This document shows, piece by piece, positions 1 to 12,059 of a DNA stretch of 64,000 nt; within the stretch, counting starts at the first letter, position 1, and every line of letters starts with the position of its first letter. The notes beneath the pieces were generated by a model, which saw only the letters and a program-made list of their open reading frames with translations, searched no databases and was not told the origin of the DNA. Position numbers and translations under genes: made by a program. The stretch spans positions 31,052,213 to 31,116,212 of the forward strand of contig OZ234493.1 in assembly GCA_965153455.1 (NCBI GenBank), given 5' to 3'. This stretch comes from Sphagnum compactum (taxonomy: Eukaryota).

Positions 1-189
1 AACCTGGCAACTATGATGCAAGGTGGTTCAATCCCTGGTTTGGAAGGACTGGATGACCCACTCAATGGCAGATCAAAAGCAGCACCTGGCACTGCCAAAA
101 GGAAGAAGAAGACTCGATCCGGATTTCAATCCCAGCTCATTGGCTCAGGAGCAGCAGATGCTCCAAAAGGTTTCGGTGCCAAGAAATGA
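1..189 (+). CDS. cpSRP54: 3' terminal coding exon (partial) of chloroplast signal recognition particle 54 kDa protein (cpSRP54/FFC)
   Basis: Frame +1 reads NLATMMQGGSIPGLEGLDDPLNGRSKAAPGTAKRKKKTRSGFQSQLIGSGAADAPKGFGAKK* with TGA at 187-189. This matches, from memory, the land-plant cpSRP54 tail (NLMGVMEGGSIP...APPGTARRKRK...RGFG). It is absent from the ORF track because the ATG-initiated part is under 60 aa. Confidence 0.9.
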   Translation, partial: NLATMMQGGSIPGLEGLDDPLNGRSKAAPGTAKRKKKTRSGFQSQLIGSGAADAPKGFGAKK

Positions 190-871
190 AACCGAAGAGG
201 TAATTATGCTTCTCGAGGTATTGTGCTTCTTTGTACACACACACACACACACACATGAGTTTTATGTGACACTACTTGTATTGTCTGTACATGAAAGATG
301 TCAAAATCAGAGAATCGCAGAAGGGAGAAAATTACTAGAATTTGCAAGGGGCTTTTGGTAACTGCAGAGAAAATCACATGGGGATCTGACAAAGAAATGA
401 TTGAGTTACATTGCTTTCTTGATCAAATACAAAGGTTTAGGATTCCAAAACACCCGGATCCAGAGTACTACTAGGCTGCAAACTGAAATTGAAAATGATG
501 ATATCAATCATGTATGAACCGAAAATGCAATCAAAAATATTTTTATGATTCAAAGGCAGCAGCTCATGACATGTTTGGTTCAAAGTATGAAGTAGCAATT
601 CGTCAGCAGACAACTAACGCTACTCCGCAACTGTTTCTGCAACCCTTTTCTTCCAGTATAAAACTCTTATATACATCCTTTTGCATCTTTCCTTCTTGTC
701 TTCTTCGCAGTTTGCACCCAAGTGCAAGGTTTTGTGGTCAAGTAGAAGGAAAGGATCATGTGTACCTATGCTTTTTAAAATTTTGGTTTGGTTTTAGGTA
801 ACTTCTTTTATGCATTACCAATGACATTGAAGATTCATGCATATTTCTTGTTTGGAGGAGTTTGAGATCAG

Positions 872-1003
872 TTTTATTGATCATAACATATGCTTCAAAA
901 TTTGTTCAACACACACTTCCTATTAAGTGACCTGATGAATTTTATTGATTGTAACATATACTTCAAAAAATGTCAGAAGCACACCTCCTATTAAGTGATC
1001 TGA
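872..1003. repeat. 68-bp direct tandem duplication (2 diverged copies)
   Basis: ttttattgat..taacatat.cttcaaaa...cctattaagtga.ctga begins at 872 and again at 940. Confidence 0.75.
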
Positions 1004-2396
1004 ACTTTGAATGTTGAAAATAAATTATCGTCCTCCATTGACCTATCTTTGTTGAAGACTAATTCAAGTAGTAAAGTTGCAGCAACGAGAATCCAAATAG
1101 TGGATATAGGTGCAATTCAATCTTGTTTGTTGAGTTCAAATTATTCAGTTTTTGACAACATCAAACAATTTCTTTTTAGCCTGATTAAATACATTGAATA
1201 TATTGAGAGGTTTTCATGTGTAGTATCCAATGGGCTGCTGAGGTGATTAAGTGCATGGGAACACAAAATCTGAATGAGTCTGCTTGGTAATTTTGTTCAA
1301 ATTTTTGATGGCTCCAAGTATTTTTGATGGGTGATTAATGCATGGACGCTTCTGGAAGCTTCCAACCTGGTGCTTTTGGGATTTCTGCGTGAAATTTTTG
1401 GGTGCGAGAAAGTTAGTAGGAGTAAACAAGGTTCAGTAAGAAAGTAGAATCTAGTGGGAAGGCAAGATGAGCTTGGGCAAGATCCAAGCTTTTTGTGTAC
1501 CAATCTGTTGTGAAGAAAAGAAGCATGGCATATGGGTCTGTAAAAGCTAGGCATGCGATTCTATCCCCATTAGTTCAGCTGTGTTTTGTGAATTGGCATG
1601 TTGGAAGTGTTCACAGACTCCCGATCGGTGAGATTGCTGAGCTCATTTGAGGTGTGGGTCAATTGGAGATCAATTATAGAGTGTGCCTTATGTGTTTATT
1701 ATTATTTCATAGAAGAAAGCAAGGACAATGATAATAAGATGCATGGTCTGACCTCCACAAACAAGATTGAATTGCAAGTTGCATGCTAGATTTTGAGCAG
1801 AGGTGAGATAGTAGCTGTAAGTTCCAAGTGTTTTCAGTAGCTCAAAGTGAAGAAAATGCCCATGCTCTTCTTGCCTCTGGTTTTGGTTTTGGCATTGTTT
1901 ATAAAATTTAAGAACCGGTTTGAACATAGCATCCGCTTCCATGTGCACACTAATATTCCTCAAGGCTGAAATTTTTGTAGGTACACAACTTTACAAAAAA
2001 TTTAAAACTGAGAATTGTGAATGTATCAAAGTTTTTTCAATAAATGAAAAATTGATTACTTACATATATAAAGTTTAGCCTTGTTTGTTGATCTTTCAAA
2101 AAAATTCAATGTGCTTGTGTTAAGAACTTGAACACATTTTTAAGAATTTCTTTGCAATGTTTTGTTTCTAGCACAAGGTTAGTTTCATGATCTAATCCTT
2201 GTATTGGGTACACCAAAAGGATGTTGGGTTTGGGTTCAAGTGACAAGAATCGAACTTCAGCCCTTATGTTTGACACTTCAAACTAAAAATAACCTATCAA
2301 CTTTGATATTAGCCATCCACATGCATTGGTACTAACCATTCACATGCATTGGTCCATGCGTTGGTAGGAACCACCCACCTACCTATTACCTACTTA

Positions 2397-2608
2397 TGGT
2401 GCATTCACACTTGACGTTAAATCAATATTAAATGAAAATTTAGGTGACATCCTAGGTGGCACCCAATGTTAAATGGGTGATCGCTTAATGTTAAATGAAT
2501 GTTAGTTTAACATAAAATCTTTCACCATAAGTAAGTTTGTCTTAAATGACTAGAATGATGTTAAAGGACTCAACATTAAAGTCCCTAACACCAAGTGTGA
2601 ATGCACCT
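2397..2608. mobile_element. Tourist-like (PIF/Harbinger) MITE
   Basis: TIR ggtgcattcacacttg at 2398 and caagtgtgaatgcacc ending at 2607 (16 bp perfect, 20/22 extended). Flanked by TTA at 2394-2396 and 2609-2611. Confidence 0.85.
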
Positions 2609-3310
2609 TTAGTAACAACCAATTGCATTCCCTAATTAACAACTACAAAGTAACCACTGCAAATTCCCTACCTTTGTATCTATGAAATTTACCCATTTAC
2701 CTAGGTAGCTAGTTACTTAGGTTGTGTGAGGGAGAGATAGTATGGTTTACAAAGCCTAAGGTTACCAATAGTGTTGAACGGGTATATCAATTTTAATGTT
2801 CGACCAGCCAAGTAAAGGTGAACATCGATTTTCAAAGATATTATCAACCAGGTGTAGAGCCTTGAGTTTTTTTCAAACCTAGTAAGGGGAAATATGAACA
2901 TTTATCAAGGGGATACGGTTAAATATTTGCCCTAAACATAATAAAATGGGTATAAATGGGTAAATGTAAATTAAATAAAAATATTTACACAAGTATGGCA
3001 TATTTGGATCAATAACTTTAATTCATAGCATTCTTATGATGAAAAATCGCAATCAAATGTATAAGAGTTCCAGTAATAGATGATAAGAATTTTGTTCAAG
3101 GTAATTTAATGTAACGAACAAGAATAAAATGCCAAGAAAAATTATATTCAATAGTTAGTCACCATAATTCAAATAAATCCATCATAACCACATGCACTAC
3201 AAAATATGAAATGTAGAGATGTTATATAATGATTTTGGCATGTATCCATTTTTTTCCATGCTTTAAAACAATTGCCCTCCTTGAAGTGAAGGTAAATCTC
3301 AAATATACAC

Positions 3311-6300
3311 TAAAGTAGTCAGGCCGATCATCAAACACTTAAGCAGACAGACAAAAAAAACACATAGATGAAGGTTTGGCTCATCCTACTCTCCAAAGAG
3401 ATTTTGTTCCTCTCCTATAGGCACATCCACAACCATTTAAATCGCATCAAATGGTGTAGAATTGAAAAAGATATGCCCTTTCCAAACAAAGGTCCTTTAA
3501 AAACTAGAAAAAGTTTAAAACAAACACATGGGACCTTGATCAGCAAAACATGGCAACTCGCCATCAAGCATCAAATTTCTAACAAATGGTCAGCATGTCA
3601 CTTGTGTCCAAATTGGATGGATGTCAAAATTGAGCTACTTTTCATACAAAAATGTTCATCAAACATAAAGGGCCATGATCAAAAGTTTCAAAAGTTGTCA
3701 TGATCAACAATGATGGGCAAACTACTATTCTTTTAACCCTAATGTCCTAAACTACATTCGGCACCGCCATGTTAGGGTTTAGGTGATGTTCCTTCTCATG
3801 TGTCTTTCATCATAGTTCGCTTTGCAATGAGAAGTCTCCCAATGCACATTGCATCCTACATCTTTCATCCCAGTGCACTTTGCAATGGGAAGTCTCCCAG
3901 TGCACATTGGAACAAGAAATCACATTAGACCTCCAACCCCCTTGTTGGACTTTGATTGTCTTGTTGTACCTTCCCCTCCTCTCCCCCACATTTTGCTGCC
4001 AGTTAGTCAATGGAAGGTTGTTGTAGCCATGCTAGAACATGGCCTTTTGCAAGCATCCTTGCCCTTGCCCTTGCTCTAGCTTTTAATTGTGCAAGTGTTG
4101 AAATGCCCAAGTTACACCTTTGTACCTTAATGGATGGGCCCTGTAACTAGCTTGGAAGTTTTGGTGAAATTTGTCCCCTACTTCCCTAATTGCCATTATA
4201 GACCAAGTTCGGTTGAAATATGTTTTATATTATTTCTCAACTAGCCTTTCAGCTATTTTATTTGTAGTAGTATGTGAATCTACTAAACGTCTTTGCTTTG
4301 TTTCCTCGTTTTCCTTTCTCCTTTATTCTCTAATTATTTATGTTATTTTTCTATCCATAACTTTCTTCCACATAATTTGTAGATATTTGTCAAAAGTAAC
4401 AACATGGGATTAACTGTAATCAACTAATGGCTCTTTCCCACATGTCTTCCTTGCAGGCAACTGTGGCATAGACAGCAATTATGTAGGCAAAATGGAATTT
4501 GACTTCTTGCAAAATGTAATAGTTGCTTTTCAGACACATTTGTACGTTCACCTAGGTTAGCTATGAAATCCATATTAACTTTTGTTCATGTATCTTCTAA
4601 GATAACAAGACTTTTAAGCTCTTCCACATAGTACCTTAGTGGTTGTTCCTGTACATCATCATCAGATTTTATTGTAGTAGGTTCCTCTATAATACTTATG
4701 TTCATCAACTTTACAACTATTCCATGCTCACCCCAATCTTGAGTATCATTTAAACCTTCATTAGAGTTTTCTGCATTTTTTTCACCTAATGCAATGATGT
4801 TGTTTTCTGTAGTGTACAATTCACTAGGTTTAGTCTTGCCATCCATAGCCTTTGGATTAAAAGGCTAGATCCTTGTAACCTTGAACCCATTCTTGATGTT
4901 TCTTTTGGACATAACTACATCTAATGGCCCATCTACCCAATTTGCAAGAATAATCTTGTCTGGTTCCTTGTAGATATTGTTGACCATGTTTTTTTTTTTC
5001 TTTTTTTTGAAAGTTGTTTTGAAAGGCCTGAAATAGTTCACATCTAAAGGTTGTAAAACATGGGAGGTGTGTGAAGGTAGGGTAATCATATCTAGCCCAA
5101 ATTGTTGAACTTGTTCTATTGTTTCTAGGTTGACATGTGAACCATGCCCATCTAAAATTAATAGACGATGGTTGCTTAGAAAGATTCCACCTGGAATTGA
5201 CCTTTTGAAAAATGACAAAAAATCCTTGAACAAAAAACTTGTCATCCATGCTTTGGTTTGGATGCCATACATGTTCCAAATTTGCACTGCTTAATGTAAT
5301 CATCTCTGATTATTTCACCTCGAAATATGTAAAACCCTAGTATCAATCCCCCTACTGCATTCGCTGCACAATTGATGGTTAGCCATTTTTTGGATTTTAG
5401 GTTGGTGATGTATACTTGATGAGAACCCCGTTTTGCTAGAACTCTAGTTCTTGATTGCCTCCCTGCTTGAATTCCAATTTCATTCAAGTTCCAAATGTGA
5501 TATGGACTATATTAATGTTGGGTGTACAAGGATGTCAAGTTTTTGTAAAACAAATTGCAAGAATTGGTGGCGATGCCTTGGGTTTTACTAATCTCCAATC
5601 CTTCTATAATACGAATGCTCAAGTCTAGATGTTTTCGCTTAAACCAATACCAACAGGAATCCTCATGCACCCCATTTCAAAATGTGGTGGGTCGAGTTTG
5701 AATAATTTTTGCCACCTTCCATTTGAGTTGTTCTAGTGTTATGGATAGCCCACATTCTTGCATATTCAAAACTCATGTAACAGCTTCATCTTCTTCTTTT
5801 GTTAGTACACCCAATGGTCCAATTTTCCTACTTCTGGTCTTCCATTTAGGTGGTCAAAAAATGAAGTTACAGGTATGCCTCAAAACTTGTTGGCCCCTCG
5901 TAAAGAAGTAATGCCACATTCAATTGCATCCATGGACATCTCTAATGATTCATTTGACCACTTGCCTCTTGGATTTATAGCAGGCACCCTATTTGTTCTT
6001 GTTGGCTTTTACGTTGTCATGTTTGATCTAGCTTGAGGAGGGACATTTTCCTTGTCCAATACCTATTAGTCCACCACTACAATTCGTTTCCTTATGAGGG
6101 ACATTGAGCATCATAATGCTTCTAGTTTTCTTGGACCCAACCTCCAAAAGCTTGGTGGCGTGTGTTCAAGCCCCACAAGTGGTACTCCCCTATCTTTTCT
6201 ATGTTCAAACCAAGAAAACAAGAAAGTGGTTAGGTCAAGGAATTTGTTCAATGCATGTTTATATGTGAAAACAATTGTGTTGATGAGATCAAAGATGTTT

Positions 6301-7355
6301 GCAAAATCAGTCCAATTTAAATCTTCATCTATTGTTGTTGTGCAAGCTGTTCAATGTATCTAATTGTACGTTATGCTTGAGCTTTAGGAAATCGACATTG
6401 TTGCACTATTGTTATAATCTTTCTTATTGTAGGGATAACAAATTTAGCTATCCAACGAAAATCAATAAACTTGCTAAAATTTTCCTTGTAAATCTTGTCA
6501 ATACATGCAATTATGCTCTCATCTTGGTGATTCTTTATCTAAGGTAGCCCTATGCTTTCTTCTTTCACTTTGATATGTAAGATTAGGTACTTTTTCAATT
6601 TGCTTTGTAGCTCTCTAGTTTCCTCCTTCCCTTTGCTAGGCAAGTCTATGCTTTGTTATTTCATTATACTAAGCAACTCATCTTTGACTAATATGCTTAG
6701 GCACTTTTGATCTAAGCACTATTGCATTAGGATAGAGTAACTTTAAGAATGCTTGGAGTTCATCCTCCACATGGCTTGGTAGTCTAGAAATGTTGATTTG
6801 CAATTGAGCTAGGTTAAGTTGATATCTTACAATTCATTCTGATCGTGTTGTGTTGTTTTGGCGAGAAAGTAGATTGAATAGTTTCTTAGATCTTTAGATT
6901 GTTCACAAACTTTACAATTTAATGTGATTTTATTGAGCCCATGGCCAAACATTACCTTCACATATAGAACATAAAAATTTATAAGTCTATTTTAAAAAAA
7001 CCCCTTAACCAAACAATTATGTTCAAGAATGTGGTCATTGATTATATAAACGTACACATAAATGTGTGTTACACTAGCACTTAATCCTTTATCGCTAAAC
7101 ACCTTGCACTAAATAAATGAACATATTTTTTATATAAAAACTATCTTACATTCGCATGACCAAACATAAGCCGTAGGTCATTGGTTGGAACTGTAAGAAA
7201 TGCCAAACACAACTTTATATCATCAAAGGTTCGATGATAGGACAATATACAAATAGGCATGAGATGGTCCTCATTTGTTGACCCCCCCCCCCAAGTTGTG
7301 AACTTTTTGGATGTTTGGTCATGGGTGGTGTTTGGTCATAGGGCAGGCTACCCTA
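3311..7355 (-). mobile_element. Degenerate pogo/Fot1-like (Tc1/mariner superfamily) DNA transposon, about 4 kb
   Basis: Degenerate TIRs: taaagtagtcaggccgatcatcaaacac at 3311 versus the reverse complement of the right end, tagggtagcctgccctatgaccaaacac (20/28). Both ends start with TA. Encloses a DDE_1 transposase remnant. Confidence 0.65.
4865..5990 (-). pseudogene. Frameshifted pogo-type DDE_1 transposase with N-terminal HTH/CENP-B-like region
   Basis: ORF pieces 5242-5487 (NEIG..., WLTINCAANAVG) and 4865-5287 (AWMTS, RLLILDGHGSH, LPSHTSHVLQPLDV..FRPFK) carry the DDE_1 signature motifs. Upstream broken frames give W..FKRKH and LT.EE.E HTH-like text. Confidence 0.9.
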
Positions 7356-7786
7356 GTCTGGTAGAATAAAGACAGGATAAATCTAAAATATTCATCAGCC
7401 AGGTAGGGTAATGAAAGGGTAACAAAAAAAAGACTTAGTCCACGGGTAAATAAGGTATATATATTTAACCTATTATATACCCTTGAGTATATCAGGATGA
7501 AAAAAATCTACCCAGAACATAACAATCAGGACACCACTAATAAAATAGAAGCCCAAGTTGTGACTCATCTATCACCAAGTCATAAAGGGTTTTCATTGAT
7601 GGTGGTGCACTGGTGTTGGGGCATGACTCATGAGTGAACCAGCACCTACCAATGCATCATCATGCAAGAGGGATGAGAGGTGGACAAGGAAGAACACTGT
7701 TCAAATGTATTCATGTCCCAATGAAAACCATCCACATGCATCTACCTACCTACCTACCTACCTACTTACCACCTAGTAGCCACCGA

Positions 7787-8078
7787 GAGTCTTATACCTT
7801 AATGGGTATAATCCACTTCTAATACCTACCCACCAATCTATTATTGATACCCACTTATAAAAAGTAGTTTGCCTAGGTAGTGGAGTCTTATACCTTAATG
7901 GGTATGATCCACTTCCATTACCTACCCACTAATCTATTATTGATACCCACTCACAAAAAGTACTTTGCCTAGGTAGTAGAGTCTTATACCTTCATGGGTA
8001 TGATCCACTTATATTACCTACCTACCTACTAATCTATTATTGATACCCACCTACAAAAAGTAGTTTGCCTAGGTAGTA
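7787..8078. repeat. 96-bp tandem repeat, 3 copies
   Basis: gagtcttatacctt.atgggtat.atccactt...attattgatacccac...tttgcctaggtagt starts at 7787, 7883 and 7979. Confidence 0.9.
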
Positions 8079-8355
8079 TGTGAGGTGGAAGTAGGAGGCT
8101 TAACAAGATAGGTTGTCAAGGTGTGACCTTGGTAACTGGGGTGGTGGTTCATTCATCACATGAGTCAGAAGACAACTGGGATGGTGCTAGTGACCTAATA
8201 AAATCTTGTGTTGGGTCATACATTCCCATGTTATTATTAGGAGTTTGTGTAAACACGCATCAAGATGAGAATTTGGATGACTCTTATAACTCATGACCTC
8301 ATGAAATTAATGGATGAAAAAATACACACATTTTGTTTTGGGTTGGTAAGTGTAG

Positions 8356-8748
8356 ATTTCATGACTCCTTTTGCTTTTGGAGTAGTGTAAAAATTAAACA
8401 AATGGATAGCCTAGAAAATTTGTTAGAAGCTAACCTAGAAATTTATGGATGACAAAAATAGACTTTTTTTTTTTTGGGGGTAGTGTCCAACATTTCATGA
8501 CTCCTTTTGTTTTTGGAGTAGTGTAATTTTTTTTAAAAATGGATAGACTAGAAAGTTTGTTACAGGCTAACCTAGAAATTAATGGATGACCAAAATAGAT
8601 TTTATTATTATAATTATTTTTTCGGGTTTGGTAAATGTTCAACATTTCATGACTCCTTCTGTTTTTGGAGTAGTGTAAAAAATAAACAAATGGATAGACT
8701 AGAAAATTTGTTATATGCTAACTTACCTAGAAATTAATGGATGACAAA

Positions 8749-8786
<38 letters not shown>

Positions 8787-8842
8787 GGTTTTGGTAAGTG
8801 TACAATATTTCATCACTCCTTTTGTTTTTGGAGGAGTGTAAA
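8356..8842. repeat. About 135-165-bp tandem repeat, about 3.3 copies, with an (AT)n expansion in one unit
   Basis: atttcat.actcctt.tg.ttttggag.agtgtaa recurs near 8356, 8492, 8644 and 8807. Confidence 0.85.
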
Positions 8843-10213
8843 GAGTTTTAGGGATGAAGGGAGGAGAGAAATTCCAAAGTTTGGACCCACCCATCTTCCC
8901 CCAACCTCCTTCCCTCATTCCAAAATAAGTAAGGTCGTTGATATGATCAAGAAGAAAGCTTTACTTTTGTCTTTTGCTTGCCACAAATTCAGGCTTGTCC
9001 CTAGGGGGTCTTTGTTTATTATCCCTTAGGTTTGTCCTTTAGGTCATAGAGGCCATTGGAGTTTTCTGGCTAGGGGAGATGAACCAAGCTGGGAATTCCA
9101 CATTCACAGGCCTCATTCCTGGAGATCTCTAAAAAACATTTGCCTGTCTAGAGAAAAGGAGGTATCAGAATATTTTCCTTCCAACCAAAAATATCATCCA
9201 TATAATTTCATGAATGTAGTTTCATCATCATGTTTCTTACCTATTCATTCATTCATCTATCATGCATATAGTCTTATTTTTTTTAATGAATTCATTAATT
9301 CATCTATCATCCATATTGTGTTAAAAAAAGTTATGAAATTCCCAACCTGAGAACAATAGATTGACAATTCCAAGTGGTCAGAATGATTTGTTTCCATTCA
9401 CTTGTGCAATTGTGAGTCATTTCTCTTTACCATAAAGCACTCGAAAGAAATTTTCGTAACCTATTTGGAAGGCACTTCATATCCACAAATTACCCTCTTG
9501 GGATCTTACACCTACTCCTTAAGAGTGGGACGGGTCTTATGCCTATGAATAATAATAATAGGCACAAATTTTCGCTCGCTCTTCAGGAGTAAGTGCAAGA
9601 ACCCTCCCTCTCTTACACATTTGTGATCTATGTATGGTTTCTAAAGGTAATGTGATGCATGAGGAGCAGGAAGTTCCTGAAATAAGTAAGGGTTTGGTTG
9701 AGATGGAGTCAAAGTGCACTTCTTTTGGGAAAGCCTTGCTCTAAAGGGTATTATCCAACATATGAAATGTGGGGTTTTATCACAAATGAGGCTTTTGCTT
9801 TCTTTGTTTTTTTTCCATCCCTAGCCACAAGGCTATTCCACAGATCCTCTACACCTATTCAGTAGATTTTTTACACAAGTCTAATAAACCTCCAGCTGGA
9901 TGGCCTCCAAACATTCTACTTTTTGAAGCTTAAATTGAAAAAGTGTTTTAGAAAATAATGACAGAAGAAGAACGTTAGAAAAAAAGTTATGAATCAACTG
10001 CATAGGTGCTATGACCTCATATGAAAGCTAAGCACACTAAATGTGCAATACGTTTGTTTGCATGGACACTTATGATTTAGGGTTAGTGGTCAAAAAGAAT
10101 GACTAGGTCTTCCTTCCTGGGTGCATTAGGGGAGACGAAGGAAAGGGATGTCGTGTGCGTCCAAAATAAGTCAGTGGGGGTAGCTTCGCCTTTTTTGTCT
10201 TTTGGCTATAAGA

Positions 10214-10393
10214 GAGCATCTCCACCACCAACGCTCAGCATGTGGCCCCTCCAACCAAAAAAAATAAAATAAAATCTCACATCCAAGTTTATTTATTTAT
10301 TTTTGAAACCTCACCCATAAAACTGAAATTGGGACTGCAAGTAGGTGGGAGAGACTAGTAATAGCACAACCCAGTTGGACCAATCAGACTATC
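10214..10393 (+). mobile_element. Truncated (5' half) copy of the GAGCATCTCCA Tourist-like MITE upstream of the transporter gene
   Basis: gagcatctcca...ctcag.atgtg...catccaa.ttt...cacccataaaact...aattggga.tgcaa.taggtgggaga aligns with the complete copy at 47093-47424. No right TIR is present. Confidence 0.8.
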
Positions 10394-10796
10394 AAACGTA
10401 TGTGTGTGCGTATGTTCGTTCCTTGTTCGTTCCTTTGTTTGTTTCTCGACTACGCACGCGAACGAGCCGTGAACTTAAGTACCCTATTTTTGGGTTTCGG
10501 AATTTTTGGTTGTATGTACGAGAAAAGAATTGTCGGCGATCCAACAGATTGATTGTTGTGATTCCTTCCAACTGAAAGCAAAAGTCGCAGATTTTTTGGG
10601 TGAAGTGAGAAGTGAGTCAGAGAATTTTGTTTTGTTGGGGTATTTTGAACTGCAGCAGCGGTGGTGGGTGGATCGGTCGGAGGAGGAGGAGGAGGAGGAG
10701 GAGGATTTGCAAAGAAAGAAAGATTTGCGGAAGATTTTGCGCATTTGTGTGTGTTTATGGTGGATTTTGGAAGATTGGGTGCGCGAATTTTTGGTA

Positions 10797-11528
10797 ATGA
10801 CTATAATCCAGCAAGGGGGGAGTGTGGGGCGTTCCGTGATGGTGTCGTCTAGCGGGAATAACAACAACAGCAGCAATGGTGGCAAGAAGAAGAAATTGGG
10901 TCAGAGCTGCAACTCTTCTTCACCTCTGCTTCTGTCGCAACAAGAAGAGGGCATGGTTGCTGCAGTGAATGGCGTGGAGATGATTCTTGGTAGTGGTGGT
11001 GGTAGTACTGGGAGCAGCATAGTTGTTCTGTCGTCGCCAGGGAAAACGTTTTGCAACCTGGTGATCTCCATAGTGGGAGCAGGGGTATTGGGTCTGCCGT
11101 ATGCGTTTAAGGCCTCCGGATGGCTGGAGGGGTCGCTGATCCTGTGCGCCTTGAGTCTCACCATGTACTATTGCATGATGTTGCTGGTATGGAGCCGCCG
11201 GCGGATGGAGAGGGACTGGGGAGTGGGTCAAGTACCCACCTACAGCAAACTGGGCTTCCACTCTTTCGGGACTGCTGGCCAAGCGGCTGTGGATGCCATG
11301 GTGTTGCTCAGTCAAGGAGGTTTCTGCATCGCCTACCTCATTTTCATCGGGGAGAATCTGGCTTCCGTGTTCATGAGACAGGATTCCCTCAGCACAGCAG
11401 CTGCCGATCTACTGCCCAATTCACAGCAGATGGGTGCTGCTGCTGCTGCCTCTGATCTAATGGGAGGTATATGGAAGCTGCAGTGGAAGACCAAGGAAAT
11501 CTACATATGGATCGTGTTTCCTCTCCAG
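10797..11528 (+). CDS. Amino-acid transporter, AVT3/ANT1-like (Aa_trans family), exon 1 of 2
   Basis: KTFCNLVISIVGAGVLGLPYAFKASGW and SQGGFCIAYLIFIGENL are AAAP/Aa_trans motifs. The first in-frame ATG is at 10797 (alternatives 10839, 10953). Donor CAG|GTGAGT at 11528/11529, phase 0. Confidence 0.92.
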
Positions 11529-12059
11529 GTGAGTACCTGAGTTTTGCCTCCCAGATTTTCCCATTCCTTCCATTTGAGGTTCCGGTATCAGAAGTAAGTT
11601 TTTGTTCTCTCTGCCTGCAATTAGGGTTTCAGAGCTTCTGAATCATCATCCTACGATAGGATTACCTAGGGTTCCAGAACTTTTGAATCCTCTATGCTTT
11701 GTTGAATGCAAGCTGAGGAGCATGAGGGGCATGGAGATTGCTCTGAGGATCATTGATTCATGTCTATTGAAGTGTGTCCAATGTGGACAGTTCTTCATGC
11801 CTGAAAACAACCCTGCACTTCTACAGTTCGCATGTGATCTAGTGTCCAGAGAGACATAGTTTTACCTAGTGAATTTCTTACATTACATGTGTTTTTGGTA
11901 CATTCACAGCTTGAATGACCTCCTCAATACAGGTAGTAGGAAAGGGTTCTGGGAGTTGCCGAGTGGGTGAATGTCAGTCTATGTGTTTCTTGCACTTATG
12001 TGCTACAATTGCAACAAATGAAATGCAAAGAATTGAGATCTGCAAATTTTGAATGGCAG

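Noticed and set aside
23..361. 112-aa ORF in the supplied track
   Set aside because: Wrong frame. The recognisable cpSRP54 tail is in frame +1 and stops at 189, and this ORF runs through an (AC)n tract.
2769..7540. Larger TAGTG...CACTA-bounded element around the pogo-like transposon
   Set aside because: Only about 5 bp of terminal complementarity and no TSD.
7787..8078. CRISPR-like periodicity here and at 16183-16634, 32886-33110 and 34373-34655
   Set aside because: Whole units are repeated without unique spacers, there are no cas genes, and the context is eukaryotic and intron-containing.
10506..10796. 97-codon in-frame N-terminal extension (poly-Glu) of the transporter
   Set aside because: It has a TTG start only. 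The poly-Glu is a (GAG)n microsatellite typical of 5' UTRs and shows no family similarity.
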